This document shows, one piece after another, positions 9,311 through 19,201 of a stretch of DNA of 64,000 nt (positions are counted from its first letter, which is position 1; every line of letters starts with the position of its first letter). The translations under genes were made by a program, and so were the position numbers. Under the pieces are notes generated by a model. It made no database searches. It saw only the letters and a program-made list of their open reading frames with translations, and had not been told where the DNA came from. Location: NCBI GenBank assembly GCA_002269645.1, contig NIVC01000558.1:310001-374000 (forward strand), written 5' to 3'. Source of the stretch: Macrostomum lignano. Lineage: Eukaryota.

Positions 9311-12277
9311 GACAACACCGATTCTCAAAATACTGCACATGTAGAAATTTAGTCATGTGCAGAGTACATTTAAAATTCCTTGCTTTGTCCCTCCACCATA
9401 AAACTCATGGCGATCGACGCCCTCTCTGCTTCATGCCGCAGGGGCAGCTCAAGCCTGTGCCTGACCACCATGAGCCTGAGCCTCTGGTTCTACTCGTACT
9501 TTTGATGGCTCCCAGCCCCGGCCTATCGCCCGTCCGCGCCTGGCTGCCCTGCATCTTCTTCAGCGGCTCCAACACTAATAGAAAATTATTGCAAAGATTG
9601 CAATCTGATTGTAATTCTTCTTGCGAAAGATTGCAATATAAGTGCAATAATTATAATTGAAAATTACTATTGTTCGGGTGGGGGAGCGGGGGTTTGGGGG
9701 GCGGCGAGCCCCCCACATTACGCAACCCTACCCAACAATTGCAATTATTATAATTATAACGCAATTTTATTGCAATCATTACAATGGAAAAATCAAAGAG
9801 TTTTCTCATCCTTGCTTTAATGTGCGCGCACGGTTTGCCTTCAGCTGTTCTCCATGACTTTGCCTGCTTGGTATTGAAACTTTCTACACTCGGATTCAGG
9901 AAAATAAGTAACACAAACAAAGTTCCAAAAGTTGTAATAACAAAACAGATTGCTATAATAGCTTAAACAGTAGCCAAACACACAGATGGCTTATTTAAGC
10001 TAAGGTCTTTAGGTTTTTTAAAAGAACAAGACAGTAAACATTAATTAATATGATTACATAGATTGTACCAAAGTACAAATAAACAACACTATTCCGCAGT
10101 CCGCAGCCATTAAATTTTATTAGCGTTCAAAACGCTGATATGCTATTACAGACTTATCATAGATATTTAATGTTAGACCCACCCATTTGCCTGCACTAAA
10201 ACAGCCACGCAGACCCTGTGTGCCCTCTCTGTGTTAATTTATCTAACTGCCTAACTATGCAAAAAAGCAAATAAGATTTGTGAGGCGGAAAAATATCACG
10301 CCACCACCCCAACACTGCCCCCGAGCACAATGCTGAGCATTATAAATACAATGCAATTGAAAGAGCCGAGGCTCTCCACTGCCGAGTTTAGTAGAGTTTG
10401 AGCTCAAACTAAGAAAATGACTTGTCTCAGTTCTTCGAAGCTTCTGTCTGTCGTGTCAGAGGGGTAGCAGGCGTGTAAGGTAGTTGGCGTGAGAGGCCTT
10501 TCAGAGACTACCGATAAACCACCTGTTACAAATTTACTGACCCCCCGAATTTAAACAAAGGCTGTCGATTCGTCCACCTTTTTAAAGGTTCGCCTGCTTT
10601 CGCGTTTTGGGACCTGGACTGCCTTTGCAGCAGCACCAATTCATAGGGGAAAAACATGAGAAATAAACTACAAATTCTCCCCTCTAAGCCTACACCTCAA
10701 CTTCATTCAATTTGTCCCTCTCTACAGTCTTCTGCCATCTCCTTCTCTATCCACTCTACTACACCATTAAACTGCTACTGCCACCAGCATGGTGGATATG
10801 GTATGGATTTAGTTAGCTCGTAATTAGTGCTGGCAATGCTTTCTTTTCTCATGTAAGCGAAATTGTGAGCACATTACGAGCTACCAGCATGCTAATCCAA
10901 CATTGTACCCACCCTACTTCTACTCTCTACCCTTCTCCTCTTCACTCTACCCTCCCTACTTTGTCCCATCATCTCCTCTACTGTCTCCTCTCATCTCCCT
11001 CCCCGTAAGTCTCTGTCAAAAATATTTTGTCCCTGGAGTCTCGGAGGGGCTCCTCTCGTGACCGAGGTGACTCATCTCCGAGCACTGCCACCTGAAACCC
11101 GCGGGCATGGTGGACAGCGGCTGTGCGAATTTCTCTGCTCTCTCCATTCATCGACTTTATACAATCGAGTTTATAACTATACAACAAAAATCATACAATC
11201 TTTGGGTATTGCACCTAAAAGTTGACTACATGTATAAGGTCAGGGACGGTAGAGTGAGGAGAGAGGAGTGTAGGCGTTTTGTGACGTATAAAGTGGCGGC
11301 CTCGAGAATAATCGGCGAAGGCAAATAAATACGGCAGAGGCGAATTTGTAGCCGTAGCACTTGGCAGTAACGGCGGCTAATGCGAGCAATGGCGGCAGAC
11401 TTCGTTTAGTGTAGCGTATGTTATTGTCAACAGAGACAGGTCAAAGTACTAGTTAGGTTCGTAACGATGCACTGGTGGCTACACAACAATGAGTTAGATA
11501 GTAGAGGGTCGATGAGTTGAGGCAGTGGCGACGAGATGATGGCGGTGAACGTACGGTGGCGGTGCTCGTAGTGAGAGCTCGAACAGACAGTAGGAGGGGC
11601 GTGACTGAGAGTGGCAGAGGCGTGGTCTAGAACCGTGGCGGAGTGAGGCAGGAAGAGAAGGCAAGAACAAGAGTGCCGGGGCGGCAAGGATCTACAGGCG
11701 GGGACGCAAAACCCGATTAACCCCGAGCGCACGGCCACACAGGACTGAGAAAGAGTGGGCTGGGGGGGTGGGCGCGTGAGAACTTAGTATAATTAACCCG
11801 CAACCCCACCAGCAGCAAAAGGAAGGCAAAGGCGGCGGGTTGGCAGCGAGCACAAAGCAGCGACGAGGTGGGGAAGGCGACCCCTTCGGATGTTGCACTT
11901 ATTTTGAGCAATACACGGGCGTACGTCGAATTCGAAATTGATCGATAAAACCGGGGAGGATAAAACAAGAGAAATTTAAAAAAATAAAAAATCTGAGCAA
12001 TTGCACACAGACGGTCAAGCCAGAAAATACTGGGTTTAAGAACCCCCGGCACGCGGCGGAGGGGGGGGGGCGGAGGAGAGGTGGGCAAAGGGGGTGGGGT
12101 GGGGTTAACACACTTTACACTGAGGCCCACGGAGCAGGCCTAGTGTAAAGTAGACATTAACTCGCAACCCCACAAGCAGCAAAAGGAAGGCAAAGGCGGC
12201 GGGTTGGCAGCAAGCACAAAGCAGCGACGAGATGGGGAAGGCGACCCAAACCCCGAAAAAAGAAGAAGCGGGGGAAG

Positions 12278-13010
12278 TTAGTGATAATTAATAGAAGCAG
12301 TAATCTGCTGGACGGCGGAGCGCCTGCGGGCAAAAGCTGCATCGAAATAGCGGAAGCAAGGACCACTAGAAGTTACCGTTGTAACACCATACAATACAAC
12401 GGTAACTTCTAGTGGTCCTTGAGCGGAAGACGGAGTCGGAGCGCCAGTCACCAAGGCAGCGGATGTCGGCCACGGAGAGGCCACCCTGGAAGGCGGCGCT
12501 GGCTCCGCCCCTGCGCAGACTGTGGCCAGAGAAGTTTTCCTCAGCAGGGATGCCGCAGATCGACAGGCCCCGCTTGAGCAGGCGGATGAAGTTCGAGGCA
12601 GCCAACGGGACTCTGCGGGCGCCCAGGACAGCGAAGAGACGCTGGTGCGGCTCGACAACTTGGTTCTCATGCAGATGAGTGGCGAGGGCAGAGACCGGGC
12701 AGATCGGTTGGCAGTCGGTGCATTGCGGAAGGAACACCAGCAGCTGACGCTCCTTGAACTGGTTCGTCTTGGACTTGCCGATGGTCAGGCGGAGGCCACC
12801 GAGGCAGGTCGACAGCGCACCGCGGCGCAAAGCAGCGCCAGCGGTAGACGGAAGAAGCTCGCCCAGACGAAGGACGCCCCACCAGGCAACCAGCAGCGCA
12901 GCCTTGAAGGCCACGAAGAGGCGCCGGGGCAGCAATTGCTGAAGCAGAGGGCTGTTGCAGAGCAGGCGGAGATGATGCGGCTGCAGTGGCTCTGCCCTGC
13001 GTGGCTGTCT
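12278..13010 (-). pseudogene. Tyrosine recombinase catalytic domain, interrupted by a MITE
   Basis: LRLGE (R), KSKTNQ (K), HSLRRGGA (HxxR), GDWRSDSVFR|YF: the catalytic Tyr is restored when the 65-bp insert and one TSD are removed. Confidence 0.9.
12357..12421. mobile_element. 65-bp hairpin MITE with 8-bp TSD (hAT-like by TSD length)
   Basis: Perfect 27-bp TIR CAAGGACCACTAGAAGTTACCGTTGTA, 11-nt loop, flanked by AGCGGAAG at 12349-12356 and 12422-12429. Confidence 0.92.
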
Positions 13011-13012
13011 GC

Positions 13013-13561
13013 TTAGTAGATCTCACGGGAGAGGCAGTCCTTCAGCAAATCCCTGGTGCTGGCGGCCTTGTCCATGGGCAGCGACAGTGTTCCGTCATTT
13101 GTGTCGATTTGAGCGCCGAGGAAGACCATCCGCTGCGTTGGGGCCGTGGACTTGCTCCAGTTGATGGTGAAGCCCAGGTCTTGCAGGAGGTGCACCAGGT
13201 AGTCGTAAGCGCATTCAGAGGCTTCCTGTGAGTCGCCGGCAACTACCCAGTCGTCCAGGTAGTTGACCGTAGCTTGGAAGCCTTGCCTAAGCATGTGGCG
13301 ATGAATGGCGGCTGAGAGACGGTGAAAGATCTCGCAAGAAGCCCGGGCACCGAATGGCAGCCGGGCGTCGATGAACACCGAGGATTCGGTGTCAGCTGCG
13401 CAACGCCAGCTGATGCCTGTCAACGCCTGATCGTCCGGGTGGATGCCGACAGAGCGGTAGGCCTGCTTCAGATCGTCCTTGCCGATAAACGAGCCGGGCC
13501 GGATGTGACGCAGCAGATCCTGCACGGAGGAGAATCTCAGACTCCGCTCCTGGCTGGCCAT
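13013..13561 (-). pseudogene. DIRS/Ngaro reverse transcriptase fragment (N-terminus and RNase H missing)
   Basis: KDDLKQAYRSVGIHPDD, DARLPFGARASCEIF, NYLDDW, LGFTINWSKS, FLGAQID motifs. Confidence 0.88.
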
Positions 13562-13746
13562 GCCTTATGCCATTGCCACTTTTGGCGCCGCAGGCACTCA
13601 TTTTGGCGCCACAGGCACTTATTTTGGCGCCGCAGGTACTCAATTGCCTCATGGTTTTTGGTATCTGCCGCGCCCAATGCCACCCCCCAGACGATTGGGA
13701 GGGGGGGCCGCGGCCCCCCCGCCCCCCCCCCCTGGCTACGCCACTG
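13562..13746 (-). mobile_element. One-ended fragment of a non-autonomous DNA element (terminus CAGTGGCGTAGCCAGGGGG)
   Basis: Ends in CCTGGCTACGCCACTG at 13746, carries three copies of the 21-bp motif seen at 9125-9310, sits where the RT N-terminus should be; other end not found. Confidence 0.6.
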
Positions 13747-13893
13747 AAGAAGCCAAGTTCATGTCAGAAGACAGCACCCGATGCGGCGGGGGAGGCGGGT
13801 CGGGTTGGCGGGCAGGGGTGAGGGGATGCAAGCAATGGAATGGGGGCGGGCGGGGGATAAAAGCATGGTGGCTATAAAATAAATCTAGTTTTT

Positions 13894-14886
13894 TTACCCC
13901 TCTGCCGCATCGCTGCTCTGACGATGCAGTTGGGCGGGATGCGGCTTGCCGCAGCCAGGCAGCTTGCAGACGTGCCGGTACCTGCAGCTGGACCGTTGAC
14001 AGCCAGCTGTTGAGTTGAAGCTCAGGCAAACGGGCGCCTGCGGCTGCGAGATACCTTCAGATTGCGTAGAGCGTTCAGGTGTCGATGGTACAGCTTCGGG
14101 GGTTCGCACCCCCACTGATGCAATTCTGACTCTGCCATCAGCTTCCTGTAGTCTTCATCAAACTCCCACACAACGTTTGGGCTGTAGTTGGCGTCCAGGA
14201 GTTCGCCCATCTTCTGGGAGTACAGCAGGTAGCCTCTCAGCTCGCTGGTGTTCACAGACCCGTCGTCATTCAGAAAGATGAGCGAGCCGTCGTCAATCAG
14301 GCGCTGTAGGATTTGAGCATTGCCAGAGATCTATTGGCCGGTGGAAATCTTGCTTAGGTTTGGCGACTGCTTTTTGAACACCAGGTTGCCGTTCTCCACG
14401 CAGGCGGTCAGGCTCTCGCTTGACTGATTGGCGTTGGGCTTGACAAAGTCTCGGATCAGGAGGCTTTCTGGCTGACTGACCGCTCTCTACACCTGCGCAA
14501 GATAAAAGGGCCTCATGCACACCAGCAGGAAAAGCTGTGGGCTCACCTTGAGAGGAGGCAGCAGTCTGATTCCCGTTGAGCTCGCGCTGCAGTTGAGCAC
14601 GGCGCCGCGTCAGCGCCTTGATTTCCAGCTCTTCGACCTCCTTCCGCAGAGCCGCCAGGTCGCCAGCCGCGCCCCCCGTCGCCTCTTGCCCGCCTGTTGA
14701 CTGGTCGTCGATGATTCCTGCATCAAGAGTCGAGACGGAGCTGTCAGAGTCGGCTGCAGGAGCTTCAGACTGCAAGTGGCGGCATAGCCGTTCGTAGAGC
14801 TGTTGTTTGCAGCCTGTTTTTGGGAGACCGCGCTTGGCCAGCTCTGCTCTGAGCTGTCTAGCTGTTAGTGCATGTGCACTTTCCAT
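13894..14886 (-). pseudogene. Ngaro gag-like ORF (N-terminal SAP-like motif, C-terminal Cys/His finger), frameshifted
   Basis: LTARQLRAELAKRGLPKTGCKQQLYERL; VVWEFDEDYRKLMAE; CLSFNSTAGCQRSSCRYRHVCKLPGCGKPH; spread over three frames with an internal stop. Confidence 0.72.
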
Positions 14887-15369
14887 GGTTGTTGACAAAT
14901 AAAAAAATTGCAAATAAAAAATCTGAGCAATTGCACACAGACGGTCAAGCCAGAAAATACTGGGTTTAAGAACCACCGGCACGCGGCGGAGGGGGGGCGG
15001 AGGAGAGGTGGGCGAAGGGGGTGGTAGGGTTAACACACTTTACACTGAGGCCCACGGAGCAGGCCTAGTGTAAAGTAGGCATTAATGCGCGCGGCTTTTT
15101 TATTGGCCGGCTGGGAAAAACAGAAAACCGAAATTACCGATCGCGCACTGTACGCAGGCTTTACAAATGTACGCAGATGATTAAAATTCTTTGGGCACTA
15201 CTTTAAGACGACGTGAGAGTACAAAACCAACAACATTATAGATTGGTACCGGATGTCAAAACGGCCCTTGGCGGGGCTACTTAAACTGACAACGTTACAG
15301 TTTAGCGATGAGCGTCTAGCCATATTGGTCAATCGCTCACGTACATGTAAGTTCTTCCAATATTTTTTC

Positions 15370-15420
15370 CAAGGACCACTAGGAACACTTCGTTATAAAA
15401 GTCTAGTCTAGTAGTCCTTG
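15370..15420. mobile_element. Second, degenerate member of the CAAGGACCACTAG mini-MITE family
   Basis: CAAGGACCACTAG...CTAGTAGTCCTTG (one mismatch), 51 bp; TSD not clear. Confidence 0.65.
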
Positions 15421-16140
15421 TCTTTTTTTGCAGCAGTGCCCTCTACTCGCCGCAATAGCGGCGCTATTTTACTAGGACCGCCGCCATCCCGTGATCCCCC
15501 GTCATATTAAGTTGTTTTCCCATTACGCTCGTACTAATTATAAATGCAGGCCGTTGTTCGCGCCAAAAACGCCGACATGCCAGTGTAAAGACCGTATGTA
15601 GCAAATACCAATTAAAACTAAAAACGCACGAACATGACGTATACGTTCAAAAAGCTTCAAAACATATTTTTAATAAAAATATAATGATAGATAGACCTAT
15701 TATGAAAGTTGCACTTACGTTAAACAGTTTTCATGGTTATCAAACTTATATTGCTGTTAGCTTTTTTGTTTAAGTCTTTTAACTTCTTAGCAAATTGGAT
15801 TTGATTTAAATGTCCCTTTTAGTTATGGCCGGACCTGTGCGCGCGCCGGGAGCTTTAAATGCTTGTTTTGCTTGCTTGCTGACGTTATAATAAACTTATA
15901 AAGGAAGCTAATATAAAAGTGACAACTCAGGCCTAGTCTAATAGAGTTAAAAAGCTTTCTGATTCGCTTATTTAGTCTTTGCTATTTTATTCACGGTCAA
16001 CATTCGAACATTGTCATTGCTAAGAGTAAGACTAAGGCTGAGTCTACTTTTTTCTGTTTAGGCTTAATTAATATAGTTTTTAGCTTAACAGAAAAGCCTT
16101 TTAATAACCTTCGTTCTGTTAATGAGAAACATCCTTTAAA

Positions 16141-16177
16141 ATGGTCGAAAATTCAGTTCTGCATGAAGAAGTGACTA
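16141..16177 (+). CDS. DEK-C/SWIB protein, coding exon 1
   Basis: ATG...MVENSVLHEEVT A|GTAAGT; phase 1 matches the acceptor at 23626 and supplies the first helix of the DEK-C domain (EEVTKLLAGADL). Confidence 0.7.
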
Positions 16178-16659
16178 GTAAGTACATAGCGATAGCCCAG
16201 CCATTGACCATCAATAACATTAAGTTATTTGACTTTAAAATAAAATGTGTTTTGTAATATGTCTGCTCATTCAGACTTCAGAATCATTCCATGCCATGCC
16301 AACTATGTGCATTTTAACATTAAGAAACTTCCAGGTAAAAAATGCTTATTATACCCAGGGTTGGCCGGTTGGGCACCAGTCTATTATTATTAATAAGCAT
16401 TAATCAATTAATATTAAGTCCTTATAAGTGTTAAGATTTTTCATTATGTTAATAGACTGCCATTATGGACTGCCATTAAGATTTTTTTGAACTAGCAGAT
16501 TAACAAATTTGCATTGACAAATTTATCATTAACATTAACAACAATGTCAAAAGTCAAGACCAACAATGAAAAGAAAGAACAAAAATAAGTCTAACAAGAA
16601 GCTATAACATTATTATGAATGTATTCGAATTTACCTAAATGCCTAATTAATCTCTTTGT

Positions 16660-18350
16660 TTATAATGAGGGTGCTGACCAATTTGGTGACAAACAAATTT
16701 GGCAATAGAGATTCACAATGGACTAATTCAGCGAAAGCAAATTCGGCAACAATTAATGAAGGAAAAACAATTGCATATGATCTGAATAATTCTTTTTGTA
16801 GAATGGTATTCTATAATGCAGATTAGCTTTCCTTTTGTTAACTGAATTTGTTTTATCTATCATTTATTCTTAGTGAATTTTAAGTCCTTTCCAAGAAATG
16901 TTCTAATTTCAGGCTGAGCGGCCTCATAAGCAAAAACCTATTGGCTCATTCCATATAAGCATGGTCGTAACATGACAGGTTATTTTTACTTATAAAATGA
17001 AATCTAATAATAGAATATACTAAACCAATATTTTAAATGAAAGATTATTTTGTCTAGAATATATTTATAGAGTTTCATATAGATATCATCATTAGTATAG
17101 ATGCTATTAAACCTTAAATGACACTTATGGTCGTAACGACAGGATTTTTGACATATAGAAACTAAAAGGTAAAAGTCTTATAACATTTTTCATTTTTGAT
17201 ATTTTGCAATACATTTTTAAAATTTGACTAAGAACATCTTTAGAAATCATACTCTTTTATTAGAATATATAAACTCAAAAGGCAACAAAGATACAAAAGA
17301 AAAGGCAGCCTTATGGTCGTAACATTATGGTCGTAACATATTTTTTTCTGTCAATTCAGTAACTTTGAGGTACTAATACATTAAAAATATAATAGATTAT
17401 TTGGTCACCAATGCTTTTATCTGATGATGCAAGTACTATACTTTTATCTATAGTTTGTTTCAACCTTCAAAAGCTTTCTATTTGTTTTTAAAAGGTACAA
17501 AATCTTAATGATGTCTTTTGCTTCGAAAAATGTCCAAATTTTTACAAAAATGACTTTTTGCCAATTGATAACATACTAATCCAACATTTTACCATTCCTT
17601 TATTCTTAGATTGTATATATTGCGCAATATAAACATTTGGTAAAAAAATAGGCTAATTAGGCAATGGCAAGCAAAAATATTGACTTTTTTCTATTTTCCA
17701 AATATGTCCATCTTATATGGAATGAGCCTATTGGACTTGAAAAAAATGAGAAAAATGATTTCTCGTATGCTTAATAAGGTCTTTCCATTGTTACAATGTC
17801 AGGGAAGGAATTCAGCCTTTTAACTACCCCCCCCCCCTCTTTTGATGTGAGCCATTTAAGGCACCCAATTCATTCTAATTTAAACCCCCTTTTCATGGTT
17901 ATCTATCTGTTTTATTACTCCGCAATTAGTCACCTATCCTACCTCTGTGCATGCCCACCAAAGAGTGCATGCAGGGTAGTGATTGGTGCCTTGTTCCAAA
18001 GCGTGAATCTCATTTATTCATCACTTGGATGGCCTCTTGAGTATATAAGGCTCAAATATACCGGATTTATTTGTTTGAATGCAACGCTGGCAGGAATTCA
18101 AATGTGGAATCCACCCTATCTCATTTCATGAGTGTCAGCAACCAACCGATTTCAAGTCAAACACCAAGTTTTATTTTCTTTCTCTACCTTCACCTCATTT
18201 GCTTTAACTTGTCTTTTATTAGGCTAGCTATAAAAAGACATGTCACTAAATTTGCCTAGATTGTTGCCAAATTCGCTTTTACCGAATTAGTCTATTGTGA
18301 ATCTCTGTCGCTGAATTTGTTTGTCGACAAATTTGCGTGCATCCTATAAT
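16660..18350. mobile_element. Old TIR element (about 85-bp imperfect inverted termini) hosting the 786-bp MITE
   Basis: 16680-16760 (AATTTGGTGACAAACAAATTT...ATTCGGCAACAA) is the imperfect reverse complement of 18261-18335. Confidence 0.65.
16943..17728. mobile_element. 786-bp MITE, TIR GGCTCATTCCATATAAG, 4-bp TSD TATT
   Basis: Both TIRs and TSD visible; internal GGTCGTAAC subrepeats; near-identical inverted copy at 57716-58501. Confidence 0.92.
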
Positions 18351-18375
18351 GATAATCATGCAGATGTAGCAACTT

Positions 18376-19201
18376 TGGCAATTCTTCGGTTTACAATCAC
18401 TGTCTATTTTGCCAGTTTCAGTTTACAATGACCTATTTTTCTAGTTTTGGTTTACGATCACCTTATATTTTGCTTATTGCAGTGCAAAAATGGCATGTTC
18501 AAAACTAAGACATAAAAACCAAAGGTAGTTTTAAATGAAAAGAATGCAAAAGTTGGCTGATCAACTAACTTTGTTTATTTGAAATTGAAAAGATTTGTTT
18601 ATTGGTGACTAGTAGCTTATATATAGCACTTTTGGTTTATGATCATCCAAAGCTGGCTATAGGAAAGCATGTCAACCCTAGCTTAGGACTAGTATAATTA
18701 ATCTTTAGCGCTATACCCCTTCACTTTTGGTTTACAATCACTTTTTCACATGCACTCCATTGAAATGATCGTGAACTGAAGCTGGCTGTAGGAAAGCACA
18801 CCAACCCTTAGTATACTTTCTTATAGTCAGCTTTGGTTCATGATCATTTTAATGGGTGACATACATTATCGTAAACTGAAAGTGGAATATTTAGGCTACT
18901 ATAGCTCAAACTTGCGACTTAACAGTTAAAATTAGTTTGATAGGTTTTCCTACTGCCAGCTTTCATTTGCAATCATGTCAATGGGCAACATAAATTTGAG
19001 TGATTGTAAACCAAATGTGAAATATAAGGTGCTACAACAATCTTACCATTTTTTGAAATAAACAAAGTCAGTTTGCCAACAGTAGATTTTGTTACATTGA
19101 AAACTATGGATTTTATGTCTTACAACTGTTTTTTTGTGGTGATTGTCACTGTTTAAGATGATTGTCACTTTTTGGGATGATTGTAAACCAAAGGAATGCC
19201 A
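18376..19201. mobile_element. About 826-bp MITE-like element with TG...CA ends and 6-bp flanking direct repeat CAACTT
   Basis: TGGCAATTCTTCGGTTTACAATCA vs TGATTGTAAACCAAAGGAATGCCA; internal TTTGGTTTACAATCA subrepeats. Confidence 0.55.

Larger units (their letters stand above)
11792..15086 (-). mobile_element. Ngaro-type (DIRS order) tyrosine-recombinase retrotransposon, internally deleted
   Basis: Split direct repeats A1 (14912-15086)...B1 (12156-12247) A2 (11982-12161) B2 (11792-11883) with TTAAY junction cores; gag, RT and YR remnants in the order expected for Ngaro. Confidence 0.88.

Noticed and set aside
10430-11400. Possible ncRNA or LTR in the GC-balanced stretch left of the Ngaro element
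   Set aside because: No snRNA, SL RNA or LTR hallmarks (no TG...CA pair, PBS or second copy) recognised
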